Origin: a virus
Taxonomy: Duplodnaviria > Caudoviricetes
Strand: one strand, 5' to 3'
IMG/VR virus record: IMGVR_UViG_3300033076_000387
Location: 1-33,280 of that record
Length of the DNA stretch: 33,280 bases
The notes below the pieces were generated by a model, which saw only the letters and a program-made list of their open reading frames with translations, ran no database searches and was not told the origin of the DNA. This document shows, one piece after another, positions 17,038 to 26,124 of the stretch (positions are counted from its first letter, which is position 1; every line of letters begins with the position of its first letter). The position numbers were made by a program, and so were the translations under genes.

Positions 17038-17379
17038 TTAATTAGTATCGGGTGCTGTTGCATTACCAATACGGTTTTTTATGTAAACAGCTCTTTTTAA
17101 GCTGCTTACAAAATTGTCAATGCCAGTAAGTTCGTTACTTAACGCAACTCTACGGGCATTGTCTACTAGCTCATGACCTCTAATTGACGCAAGTTCATCA
17201 GCTAGATTGAATTTAAAATGGTGCACAAACATTGCAAAATCTCTATTCTTCAATAATGCCTCTGCTTGTGAACCATAATGCTTAATACGATCTTGTTGAG
17301 CAGTAGTTAATTTACTAATCTGCGACATGTCATATGTTAAGCGACTGTTAAAAAAATCAATTGTTTCTTCGTTTATCAT
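17038..17379 (-). CDS. Small helical protein between portal and scaffold
   Basis: G.QAEALL.N..F pattern; TAAATA overlaps the portal stop (17401-17406). Confidence 0.75.
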   Translation of the reverse strand: MINEETIDFFNSRLTYDMSQISKLTTAQQDRIKHYGSQAEALLKNRDFAMFVHHFKFNLADELASIRGHELVDNARRVALSNELTGIDNFVSSLKRAVYIKNRIGNATAPDTN

Positions 17380-17403
17380 TGCTTTACTATTCTATACTAT
17401 TAT

Positions 17404-19677
17404 TTAGTGTCCGTAGTCTTGTGAGTGGCCAGTTGCAATAGACATATAGTTTAATTGCGTGTCCGGATCTTGACCTTGAATCTCTGCTTGTATTTGCTGA
17501 GTTCTTGCTTGATCTAAACCTGCACTTGCAAGATCCTTTTGATCTTTTGGACTTGGCTGCTTACCTTGTTGTGCTTGTTGTGCTTGTTGAATCATTTGCT
17601 TAACTTCATCATCGCTTGGCAAGTATGTGTCACAATCCTTAACACCTAATGTATATAATGTATCAGCAAATGGCTTCTTAACTTTCTTATACATTTCTGG
17701 TGTTAATGTATTAGCACCAACCATACCAGTAACAATTTGATATAAATCTTGTTGGCACTTTTGAATGATCTGTAAACGAGCAAGACTGTTTTCTTCACTC
17801 TTCATACCGATAGCAAGTTCAAGTTGAATTTGTTTGCGGTCACAGAAGTTCATGTCATCCCAAGCTTTGAAGTCTAAGAATTCAGGCTTCTTATCTGGGT
17901 GTGCATCTGCTGCCAAACGCTTAACGCCATAATCATCACCATATTGAATCAATGTGCGCCATACAAGCCATAATGCTTCTCTTAAACCTTCTGCTGCATT
18001 GCGAATTGTGTTGTCTTGAATGATTTGATTAGGAGTTAATGCAAGTTGTAATTTGATGCCGCTATTGCCTGCTGCCATAACTTCTGGATTGAATACATCT
18101 TGTGGAGTAGTCATACCAACCATGGCCATTGTATCTTGTTGGATACGATTCATAGCAACTTCTAAGAATTGCAAATTACCACTTGGAGGAGGAATTTGAT
18201 ACACATCTTTTGCTGGATCAAATTTGCTATCTAAAATAAAGATAGCGGCTTCACCATCCTGCAACATTTCAAAGTCCAAGCGATCTGGTTTAACGCCAAT
18301 ACGGGGAGTGGCAGTTAACAGACCCAATTGAATTTCGGCACGAGCTGCGGAGGTATTATATTCCTGCATAGGAATGACCGATTCAGCAATACTCATGCCG
18401 TAGAAGTTACCTGGCAATGGTTTTGGACACATATTTGCAACTGGAATAAATTCTACTTCACGGGCGCTGATGATATAACTGCCACTGTAAATTAATTCAA
18501 TTAGTTCTAGTTCGCCATCGCCATCAATGTCGTATTTGTTCCATACTGTGACGATAGAAACTTGTCTGCTATCTGGATCAGCACTTGCCGCACTGCTTAC
18601 TGGAATACCCATAACAGGTACAGAATCGCGAGCGTGGATTGCTAAGTTGTTTAGAACGGAACCTGCTTGATAAGCACCGTTCATGTTGTATTCTGCGTAT
18701 TGTTCAAACTTTTCTAGATCAATACCAGGATAAAGTTCTGTTGCTTCTTGAATGGTCATTGGATCATAGTAACCGCAGAAAGGTTGATCCTTCATTTCTG
18801 GAACTGTTGGATCACAAATCCAATAGTGTTGTGCAATAGGATGGAACTTGATGTTTAGTCCATAACCTGTTAGTTTATATTTTGCTTTGTAGATTGTATT
18901 ACGACGAATAGCTTCATCTAAAATTTCCATCTGGCCGCTTGTAAATTGGCCCATCAATGTTGCAGTATCGTCGCCTTCAACATCTTCTGGCAATTCTTTA
19001 AAGCTATCAAGCGTTTTATTAATTTGCTCCATGGCAAAGTCTTGTTGATTTTCGCCAAGTAATGTTTTAACTTCTTCCATTACTTTCATCATATCAACGC
19101 CTGACTTGCGTTTGCCTTGACGCAATGTTGTTAAACCAGATTCAGCTGCTTGAACTTCAAAAGCTTTTAGTTGTTCAAGTGTACCTTCTGTTTCAACATA
19201 ACGAGTAACAGGTTCGCGCACCGGCTTAATCATCATCATGCCGTTTTTGTGCATGTTGGCATCCATGATCCAACGCTCTAAAATAAAATGCGGATCATTC
19301 ATTTGATTAACAATTTTGCTAACCATTGTTGTTGCTTGGCGTGCCGCGTATTCATCATCACTGCCATCCGGAACAAACTCAAAGTTGATTTCGCCATTAG
19401 GCATAAGTCCCTTGGCAATAACTGCGGTTGCGTAATCAACTACTGGTTTGACGCTTGGGTGGATGTAGTCAATACCATTAACTGGGGCTGTTGAATCAGT
19501 AACAGCCAAACATAGATAGTGATAATCACTGGCCCTGTTAACAGCATTTTTTGTTCCTAAATAGCGTAAGTAGGATGCCATTTTGACATCCATTTGGTTC
19601 TTCATACGAACGAATGTTGCATTTTGCTTAACATTCTGGTTAATATCCTGAACCGGTATTTGTTTAATATCTAACAT
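17404..19677 (-). CDS. Portal protein (P22-like)
   Basis: 757 aa after the terminase genes; DDEYAARQAT, YDIDGDGELE and P.P.NFYG.SI motifs; Gln-rich C-terminal barrel. Confidence 0.88.
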   Translation of the reverse strand: MLDIKQIPVQDINQNVKQNATFVRMKNQMDVKMASYLRYLGTKNAVNRASDYHYLCLAVTDSTAPVNGIDYIHPSVKPVVDYATAVIAKGLMPNGEINFEFVPDGSDDEYAARQATTMVSKIVNQMNDPHFILERWIMDANMHKNGMMMIKPVREPVTRYVETEGTLEQLKAFEVQAAESGLTTLRQGKRKSGVDMMKVMEEVKTLLGENQQDFAMEQINKTLDSFKELPEDVEGDDTATLMGQFTSGQMEILDEAIRRNTIYKAKYKLTGYGLNIKFHPIAQHYWICDPTVPEMKDQPFCGYYDPMTIQEATELYPGIDLEKFEQYAEYNMNGAYQAGSVLNNLAIHARDSVPVMGIPVSSAASADPDSRQVSIVTVWNKYDIDGDGELELIELIYSGSYIISAREVEFIPVANMCPKPLPGNFYGMSIAESVIPMQEYNTSAARAEIQLGLLTATPRIGVKPDRLDFEMLQDGEAAIFILDSKFDPAKDVYQIPPPSGNLQFLEVAMNRIQQDTMAMVGMTTPQDVFNPEVMAAGNSGIKLQLALTPNQIIQDNTIRNAAEGLREALWLVWRTLIQYGDDYGVKRLAADAHPDKKPEFLDFKAWDDMNFCDRKQIQLELAIGMKSEENSLARLQIIQKCQQDLYQIVTGMVGANTLTPEMYKKVKKPFADTLYTLGVKDCDTYLPSDDEVKQMIQQAQQAQQGKQPSPKDQKDLASAGLDQARTQQIQAEIQGQDPDTQLNYMSIATGHSQDYGH

Positions 19678-19703
19678 AGTGGAATATGCCCTTTTATATT
19701 CTA

Positions 19704-19841
19704 TTATTTAGCGTCTTTTTTATCAGGCTGTTGCGGCTTAGATTCCTTAGATTCCTTGAGATCTTTCTTGCCAAATATTACATCCCAGTTATCTCGTATC
19801 TTTTGTGTATCTTCTTTGCGTCTTGCGCTACCTTTACCCAT
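19704..19841 (-). CDS. Small basic protein MGKGSARRK...NWDVIFGKK (45 aa)
   Basis: Manual translation, below the track cut-off; SD GAGGT; fills the gap. Confidence 0.7.
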   Translation of the reverse strand: MGKGSARRKEDTQKIRDNWDVIFGKKDLKESKESKPQQPDKKDAK

Positions 19842-19844
19842 ATA

Positions 19845-20033
19845 TTACCTCTTTGCTAATACTTTCTTTGCGATGTCTGCACCGCTGACCACGCCTGCAT
19901 AAGCCAATAACATAGTCCAATCTATTGTGTTGATATTGTGTATGATTACATAAGTGCAGGTTGCATAGCAAACTGCTGTCCAAAAGCGTGTCATGCTAAA
20001 CTCGCCGGCGCTGTCTTTGAAGAATGCAACCAT
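19845..20033 (-). CDS. Holin-like small membrane protein
   Basis: F.D..GEFSMTRFW plus two TM segments and a basic tail. Confidence 0.6.
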   Translation of the reverse strand: MVAFFKDSAGEFSMTRFWTAVCYATCTYVIIHNINTIDWTMLLAYAGVVSGADIAKKVLAKR

Positions 20034-20263
20034 TAAAATTCTCCTGGCATAATAATTTGAGGACGAGTTAATTCATCCTGTAAGTTACAAGCATGGCATT
20101 TAATACCAATGGTATCTTCTTCATCCATCTCAATAATAGTATGAGGGGTATCCGCTGTCATTGCAGCAAGTTCAAATGCTTTTGCATGTTTTTCACATAG
20201 TATCATTGTGTTTTCTTCAATAGCACAAATGAACATTGGTTCTATTTCAATTGCTTGGGTCAT
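20033..20263 (-). CDS. Small Cys/His (Zn-finger-like) protein
   Basis: C...CEKH...CHAC pattern. Confidence 0.7.
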   Translation of the reverse strand: MTQAIEIEPMFICAIEENTMILCEKHAKAFELAAMTADTPHTIIEMDEEDTIGIKCHACNLQDELTRPQIIMPGEF

Positions 20264-21869
20264 ATGTTTGTTTCCAACTTGATTTATTACTATAATCTCG
20301 TGTTATATATCTATCTCTTTGAGCCATCATACGCTGCTGTGGTGTGCGGTTATCCCAGGGCTCACATATCCCTTGGAGACAAGCCAATAAAGCATAACGA
20401 GCACTATCAATAGCGTCATCTGGATCACTAAATCTTCCTTTTTCATCTACGAAATAATTCTGTGCTTCACTTAAAAATACTGTGCAGTTTTCATTAACCA
20501 TTAAGTTGCCAACTTCCAGCATTTGTCTCATTTGGTTAATACCATATGATTTGTGGTTTGTTTGTCGCCCTTGTGAATCAGGTGGATTCATAATGGCTTT
20601 CTCATATACATTTAGTTCATATGATTCAAATAATTCCCTAATGCTTTCAGTACTCATTGTGTATCTGCCAGCAGTAGATGCATCGCTAGGTAGAACAATA
20701 GGACAGCCAAAAACCTCAGGACGAAGGAGATGATTAATATACTGTGTGGGCACAGCTTCTTCAACACCTTGCACAACAATTTGTCTATGTAAAAAAGCCA
20801 TTCGTTCATTTGGTTCCCAATACATTAGGCTAATAACAGTTTTGTCATTTACAAGACCCAAGTCAAGTGCAATAACTCTCTGTATTTGTGGCATACGGGT
20901 AAAATCATATTCACCTGTTTTGTATGTGGGCCAATTAGCAAGTTGAAACACTGCACCTTTACCCATAACTGGTTTACCAGCAATACGAGCTTCTCTTTCG
21001 TGTGGCAAGTAATCCTTTTCTAATTGTCGTCTTGTACTCATTAACAAAAATGGCTGACCCCATGGATCATATTCAGGAACATCATCCCAAGATACACGAA
21101 TAAATTCATATCCTTCTTCATGGTTCCAAAACTTGCTTACAAGTCCATTAAGACCTTTTAACGGAGTAAAAGAACAAAGAACTTTACCTTGAGTTGTAGC
21201 AGTTCGCGTAACCACTTCACTGAAAAAGTCATCTGGTGGCTGCTCGTCAAATACTGCCAAATTAAGTTTGAAACCTTGTAGTTGTCTAACTTCCTGTGTG
21301 TAGTTAGCAAATAGTAGATAACTTTTAGCACCGCTGACATGCTTGATCTCAACACCGATACAGTTAGCACCATCATTACGCATAGTGTCAACAACAATGC
21401 AATCACGGGGGATAGCGCCAGTGCCCAAATTCTCTGTAATTTTAACATCTTGTGTTCCTAATAATTCATTTTGTAATACAAGTGCAACCTGACTCCATCC
21501 TTCACCTGCTACCATACAAGTAATAGGAGTTGTAAATCTATGTCCTTCCCACCAATCTGGATATTGTCCAGTCAAATGCATGGCTGTTTCAAAACAAGTT
21601 GAAACTGTTTTGCCAATACGGTTTGCAGCCAGCACACCACGGCGTTCATTTTTTGGATTACTGCCAGTTCTAAAGAACTTGCGCTGATGTTCAAATGGTC
21701 TAAAGTATTTGAGTTGATTGAATTGCATATCTTCAGCAACGCTAATTGCCAAATCCTGCAATTGATTTTTAAGAGGCCCAGGAATAGTTTTAAGAGCATC
21801 AATAGTAAGTTGATGCTCATCAACAACATAACGCAGGGCACGATTCATTAATATATCTGTGCCAAGCAT
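20247..21869 (-). CDS. terL: Terminase large subunit (P22 gp2-like)
   Basis: Walker A AANRIGKT, Walker B AVFDEQPP, coupling motif FTP, nuclease motifs IALDLG and DDAIDSARY. Confidence 0.95.
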   Translation of the reverse strand: MLGTDILMNRALRYVVDEHQLTIDALKTIPGPLKNQLQDLAISVAEDMQFNQLKYFRPFEHQRKFFRTGSNPKNERRGVLAANRIGKTVSTCFETAMHLTGQYPDWWEGHRFTTPITCMVAGEGWSQVALVLQNELLGTQDVKITENLGTGAIPRDCIVVDTMRNDGANCIGVEIKHVSGAKSYLLFANYTQEVRQLQGFKLNLAVFDEQPPDDFFSEVVTRTATTQGKVLCSFTPLKGLNGLVSKFWNHEEGYEFIRVSWDDVPEYDPWGQPFLLMSTRRQLEKDYLPHEREARIAGKPVMGKGAVFQLANWPTYKTGEYDFTRMPQIQRVIALDLGLVNDKTVISLMYWEPNERMAFLHRQIVVQGVEEAVPTQYINHLLRPEVFGCPIVLPSDASTAGRYTMSTESIRELFESYELNVYEKAIMNPPDSQGRQTNHKSYGINQMRQMLEVGNLMVNENCTVFLSEAQNYFVDEKGRFSDPDDAIDSARYALLACLQGICEPWDNRTPQQRMMAQRDRYITRDYSNKSSWKQTYDPSN

Positions 21870-21876
21870 AATAACC

Positions 21877-22107
21877 TCAATTAAGTTTTGATGGAGATTC
21901 TGCTAGTTTATATTCAATCCAGTCTCGTAATATTTGTAGATTTTCGGTTGTAAGCAACATATGAAATTCAATGTCTTCTTGATCGTCTTCATTTAGACGC
22001 AATGCAACATGACATATATCATCTTCAATCCAATTACCACCAATATCAATTGCACTATCTTCACCAGCAGCTATATTTGTTAACACCATTTGGTCACGCA
22101 GTTTCAT
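21877..22107 (-). CDS. Acidic hypothetical protein
   Basis: Start moved to ATG 22107 after SD GGAG. Confidence 0.65.
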   Translation of the reverse strand: MKLRDQMVLTNIAAGEDSAIDIGGNWIEDDICHVALRLNEDDQEDIEFHMLLTTENLQILRDWIEYKLAESPSKLN

Positions 22108-22420
22108 GTTCATCTCCAGGAATAGGATTATCTTTATTAATTTGCGAAAGATAAAATAAAGCTTCACTTAGATCTCTTATCTCACTAGCAGTACTAACCC
22201 ATGTTTCAGGATCAGCTAAGTCAGTAGGTTTAGAAGCCAGTATTGCTTGTAAGCGTTCAGCAGTTAAACGCATTACATGTTCTACTTGACCAGGGAAGCG
22301 TGTTTTAAACGCATCCCTGTGTGCTTTATTCACCTTTTGCAAGATCAATGTATCACGGACTCTACGCTGTTCTTGCGCTTGGTCAATGATGCCATTTCTT
22401 ACTTCAGGTGTTGTGCTCAT
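22094..22420 (-). CDS. Hypothetical protein
   Basis: Start moved to ATG 22420 (ATGA overlap with upstream stop). Confidence 0.75.
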   Translation of the reverse strand: MSTTPEVRNGIIDQAQEQRRVRDTLILQKVNKAHRDAFKTRFPGQVEHVMRLTAERLQAILASKPTDLADPETWVSTASEIRDLSEALFYLSQINKDNPIPGDEHETA

Positions 22421-23235
22421 TTGTCTAAGTCCCAAACATTCATTGCTACATTGTCAGTTAAACTTACAAACTCACGGTCAACCCAAATGTCCCATTGGTT
22501 GCTGTTATTAACTTTAAATGTTTGCATTAGTGCGCGAAGTTTACGACCTTGTGGAGTTAATGTGCCATCATCACGAACAACTGTTTGTTCACCAGTGCGT
22601 GGATCAACCCATTTAATAACTTCCGGACGCTCACGGCCATATTTGTCTAGTTTCATACCATGTGGGCGTTGGTCAACTGGACCAAGAACTTCATAACTGA
22701 TTTCACCTGTCTTATATTTGCGGAAGATAACTGAAATCTTCTTGTCTTGCATACGGCTTTCATAATCACTGTGTGGAATGCTGTTGCTTACAAACAAGTT
22801 TTGAACTTGACTGCGATCAGGCAAATGCTTGTCGCGAGCAGGTGCTTCTTTTAAATCTTCAACTGGAACTAGTTCGGTGCGGTCAATGTATGGATTATCA
22901 CTGCCAATAAATTTAGGATCAATATCAGCACCATTTAGCACATCCATAGCAACTTGATACTTGAGTTTGTTTGCACGACCTTTTAGGTTAAGCACAACGC
23001 CTGTTTCATCAAAGACAAAACGCTCTAATTCTTTTGCTGTAGGGAAGTCGGTCATCAAGCCTTCCATGTCATATTCAGCATTGCTGACAGATTTTGGTGC
23101 TTGTGGTTTAGTTGGAGATTTGGCAGCGATTTGTTCTGCTACTTCTTTAATGTCCTCTGCTGTGACATCAGCTGGATTATCCATCCATGGATTATCTACT
23201 TGTGCTGTAGATGGTGGGGTTAATTTCTTACTCAT
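22417..23235 (-). CDS. Hypothetical protein (~272 aa)
   Basis: Start moved to ATG 23235 after SD AAGGA; TAAATA 23282-23287. Confidence 0.8.
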   Translation of the reverse strand: MSKKLTPPSTAQVDNPWMDNPADVTAEDIKEVAEQIAAKSPTKPQAPKSVSNAEYDMEGLMTDFPTAKELERFVFDETGVVLNLKGRANKLKYQVAMDVLNGADIDPKFIGSDNPYIDRTELVPVEDLKEAPARDKHLPDRSQVQNLFVSNSIPHSDYESRMQDKKISVIFRKYKTGEISYEVLGPVDQRPHGMKLDKYGRERPEVIKWVDPRTGEQTVVRDDGTLTPQGRKLRALMQTFKVNNSNQWDIWVDREFVSLTDNVAMNVWDLDK

Positions 23236-23258
23236 TGCTTTTCCTTTTCTATACAATT

Positions 23259-23282
23259 AAGGGAGAACTATGTCTCCCTTTT
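23259..23282. terminator. Hairpin AAGGGAGA/TCTCCCTT, terminator-like
   Basis: 8-bp stem, intergenic, directly after TAAATA on the minus strand. Confidence 0.55.
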
Positions 23283-23284
23283 AT

Positions 23285-23422
23285 TTAGTATCCGCTTGTC
23301 GCTCCTAAGGCCCCTGTACGACTGTTAGTAGTCTTTCTAGTTGCCTTAGGCTTAACTGGCTTCATTGGTTTAGGAGGTTTAATTTTTTTAACCTCTTTTA
23401 CTTTTAATATTTTAGCGGCCAT
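23285..23422 (-). CDS. Lys/Pro-rich 45-aa basic protein (MAAKILKVKEVKKIKPPKP...)
   Basis: Manual translation; fills the gap. Confidence 0.55.
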   Translation of the reverse strand: MAAKILKVKEVKKIKPPKPMKPVKPKATRKTTNSRTGALGATSGY

Positions 23423-23996
23423 AATATGCTCTTAAGTTATAACTAGTCTTTGGAGGACGATAGTTAGTTGGAGTAGGTTTTAATCCATCACCTGGTCTAT
23501 TAGCTGTTGGATTTAAAGGCGTGCCTTGTCCTGCCATAGGAGTTCCTTGTAACAAATTTGCACCTGTTGGAGGAGCAATAACTTGTTTAGGAGCTGGTCC
23601 AGCAGTTTGTGGCAACACACTTGCTTGTCCGCCTGCAGATTTGCCAAAACTCATACTTCCCATATCTGGTATCATTCCACCAGTATTTTGCTGGGGCATT
23701 TGCATCCCCGGCATTGGAGGTTGAAACGGACTTTGCTGTCCAAAGATAGGACTTGCAATTTGTTGTTGAGTTTGTTGGGCTATTGGATTAATCCCTGGAA
23801 GTTGAATCATATCATTAAATCCATTTTGTATATCTGGATTTGCTGATTGAAATTGAGCAACTGCTGGATAAGTTGCTGTGCCCATCTGTCCATTACCCAT
23901 CAAGTTTCCGCCAGTGCCTTGGTCAGCAGGTTGGCCGAAGCCAACATCTGCATTTGTACCATTTGATGGTAAACCTTGACTAGGATAGAAACTCAT
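23412..23996 (-). CDS. Pro/Gly/Gln-rich low-complexity protein
   Basis: ORF in operon, SD AAGG. Confidence 0.7.
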   Translation of the reverse strand: MSFYPSQGLPSNGTNADVGFGQPADQGTGGNLMGNGQMGTATYPAVAQFQSANPDIQNGFNDMIQLPGINPIAQQTQQQIASPIFGQQSPFQPPMPGMQMPQQNTGGMIPDMGSMSFGKSAGGQASVLPQTAGPAPKQVIAPPTGANLLQGTPMAGQGTPLNPTANRPGDGLKPTPTNYRPPKTSYNLRAYYGR

Positions 23997-23998
23997 GA

Positions 23999-24298
23999 TT
24001 AACCTTTAGTTGTTGGACGCTTATATTTTGCTGGCAACTTACTTCCATTAGCAGTTGGGTTAGCAGCCTTACCTGTTTTGTCATGTAGACTTTCAAGTGC
24101 AGGATTAACTGTGCCTGCTTGACCGCGTCCACGCATTTCAAGTGCGCCAGTAATCATGTTAGCAATAGTAGCACGCTCGCTGTTCACTGTAGATTTCTCT
24201 TTCATGAAAGTTGAACGCTTGCTGCCTGTTGCAACATTACCTGTTGTAGGACCACGCTTTTGGTTTATTGGTTTGTTACCCATTGGATTTGTGCTCAT
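23999..24298 (-). CDS. Basic low-complexity protein
   Basis: ATGA overlap; RGPTTGN motif. Confidence 0.7.
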   Translation of the reverse strand: MSTNPMGNKPINQKRGPTTGNVATGSKRSTFMKEKSTVNSERATIANMITGALEMRGRGQAGTVNPALESLHDKTGKAANPTANGSKLPAKYKRPTTKG

Positions 24299-24639
24299 TG
24301 TTGATTACCTTTCGTAGGACCGCGACCGACATTGATCTTAGAATCTGCACCAGGCTTTTTAACTTGTGTGCCGCCTGCGCCACGAACTTGTGCGCCGCCA
24401 TTGATATAATCAGGATTCTTGATCTTAACATTTGCTGGTAATGCGCGAGTTGGGGGTTCACGATGTGCTCCTTGCATAGCATCATAATCTTGGTTACCTT
24501 TAGTAGGACCGCGACCAAAATTAACTTCACGACCATCATTAGAATGACCGCTCCATTGATTCTTAGCATATTTGTCACTACCGCGGCTAAATCCTGGAGA
24601 AGCAGCGCCGGTAGCTGGATTTACTTTTTCAAATTTCAT
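24295..24639 (-). CDS. Gly-rich basic protein with duplicated N.GRGPTKGNQ motif
   Basis: SD AAGGA; internal repeat. Confidence 0.72.
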   Translation of the reverse strand: MKFEKVNPATGAASPGFSRGSDKYAKNQWSGHSNDGREVNFGRGPTKGNQDYDAMQGAHREPPTRALPANVKIKNPDYINGGAQVRGAGGTQVKKPGADSKINVGRGPTKGNQQ

Positions 24640-24788
24640 TTTGTTTTTCCTTTAGGGGATTTTTTAGCCGCTGCTCTCTTAGTAGAGTACGCTATGGCTA
24701 CGGCTTGCTTTGGAGGCTTACCAGCAGCGATTTCTTTCTTAACATTCTTAGCGAATGCTTTTTTGCTTGTTGATTTAATTAACGGCAT
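24636..24788 (-). CDS. Small basic protein MPLIKSTSKKAF..NVK.EIAAGKP.KQAVAIAY (50 aa)
   Basis: Manual translation; a motif type I recognise from phage packaging modules; ATGA overlap. Confidence 0.75.
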   Translation of the reverse strand: MPLIKSTSKKAFAKNVKKEIAAGKPPKQAVAIAYSTKRAAAKKSPKGKTK

Positions 24789-24792
24789 AATA

Positions 24793-25143
24793 TTACTTAT
24801 CTTCGTTTATTCCAGTGAGTTTAGCCAGAGCTTCTGCGAAGGCTACTTTCTTAGCTTCAATTGCGTCTTCACTATCGGTGACCTCAATCTTGGCTAAACT
24901 GTTCATTACTTTGTTAAGGATCAAATTATGATACTTTAACAATAATTCTTTGTTATGACTGTCACGGGCTTCCATAAAGTCTTGGATTAATAATGCTTCA
25001 TAATCCTGTCCTTTTGATTGCTGATAAACTTGATCTAACAAGCCCCCAACAGTTATTAAATTCTTTGCGCCTTTTGGACGACCCGCTCCTGGGCGATAAC
25101 CTCCACGGCCTTTTTTCTTTGCTATATCTTCAGTCTTTTCCAT
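24793..25143 (-). CDS. Putative terminase small subunit (leaderless)
   Basis: RGGYRPGAGRPKGAKN N-terminal motif; first gene of the packaging operon; TAAATA + 5 nt + ATG. Confidence 0.7.
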   Translation of the reverse strand: MEKTEDIAKKKGRGGYRPGAGRPKGAKNLITVGGLLDQVYQQSKGQDYEALLIQDFMEARDSHNKELLLKYHNLILNKVMNSLAKIEVTDSEDAIEAKKVAFAEALAKLTGINEDK

Positions 25144-25148
25144 ACAAA

Positions 25149-25188
25149 TATTTATGATAAATTTTATGCGATTGCTCCAGGTTAAATA
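25149..25188. promoter_or_regulatory. Divergent pair of TAAATA motifs
   Basis: Minus-strand TAAATA 25149-25154 faces TerS; plus-strand TAAATA 25183-25188 faces the GNAT. Confidence 0.65.
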
Positions 25189-25210
25189 TCATGCACTGAA
25201 AGGAACTGCA

Positions 25211-25702
25211 ATGAACTTTACTTGGACTCCCGCAACTGGTAATGATGTGGCCGACATCGTTGCCATGGCACAACAACATTTCCAAACTGAGATTGATACA
25301 ATCTTCAATCCCGATCCTGTTGCTTACAGTAGAAATATTACATTCGCTGTAATCAACCAATTCTATCTCCCAGGCACAGATCTCTTATCTGTTTGCAGAG
25401 ACGAAAATAATCGTCTGCTTGCTTATACCTGGGCCAAATCTAATGACAGAGCACCTTGGAGCGATGACCCTATGGTCGTTGTTCGCATGGCACATGTGGC
25501 ATTAGATTTATCTTCTAAAACCCGTATCCGTTTAATATTAGACATGTTAGAGCTTTGGGAAAACTTTGCTCAATTCTCTAAAATGCCTATTATCTGTAGT
25601 ACTACTATGCGACGCGAACAAGATGCTTTTTTAAAACTTCATGCTCGCGTTGGTTATGATATCCGCGGTTCGTATGCTTACAAACGAATCACTCTAAAGT
25701 AA
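25211..25702 (+). CDS. GNAT-fold acetyltransferase-like protein
   Basis: W.PAT..DV.DIV.MA start, LLAYTWA strand, LHARVGY end. Start moved to 25211 (SD AAGGA). Confidence 0.65.
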   Translation: MNFTWTPATGNDVADIVAMAQQHFQTEIDTIFNPDPVAYSRNITFAVINQFYLPGTDLLSVCRDENNRLLAYTWAKSNDRAPWSDDPMVVVRMAHVALDLSSKTRIRLILDMLELWENFAQFSKMPIICSTTMRREQDAFLKLHARVGYDIRGSYAYKRITLK

Positions 25703-26123
25703 CTCTCAACATCCAGCACAACTTGCCCAGGGCCAATACGCGGTCTTGGGCGTAGTTAGCAATCTCATCGTGCTCTTCTAATTCTGCAACTTCAATCAAT
25801 TCTTCATAACATTCTTTGAGATGTTTAACATCATCATAGACTGCTGTAATCATTTCTAATGCCGAACCATTCATGGGCATAGGAGGAATATGACTATCAT
25901 CTAACATAGCTTGTGGATCATCGGGCATGAACTCATATATGGTTCTTAGCAATTCACCAATAGTGTCAATTTGACCTTGCAAGTCTTCATATACCTTACC
26001 CAATAGTTCATGATCCGCAGTAAAGTTGCGTCCCACAATGTTAACATGGGCGATGTGGCTGCGAATATACGCAACAAAGTTGTCATTAAAGACTTGTGTT
26101 AGTTGTTCTGCTGTTGTCATCAT
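25689..26123 (-). CDS. dps: Dps / ferritin-like protein
   Basis: HVNIVGRNF..DHELL...YE....IDTIGELLR and terminal K..WML motifs. Confidence 0.88.
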   Translation of the reverse strand: MMTTAEQLTQVFNDNFVAYIRSHIAHVNIVGRNFTADHELLGKVYEDLQGQIDTIGELLRTIYEFMPDDPQAMLDDSHIPPMPMNGSALEMITAVYDDVKHLKECYEELIEVAELEEHDEIANYAQDRVLALGKLCWMLRVTLE

Positions 26124-26124
26124 A

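Noticed and set aside
24276-24578. Alternative-frame minus ORF (also 14925..15122, 21158..21448, 21572..21841, 26916..27185, 27528..28010)
   Set aside because: Nested in better-supported genes and lacking RBSs.
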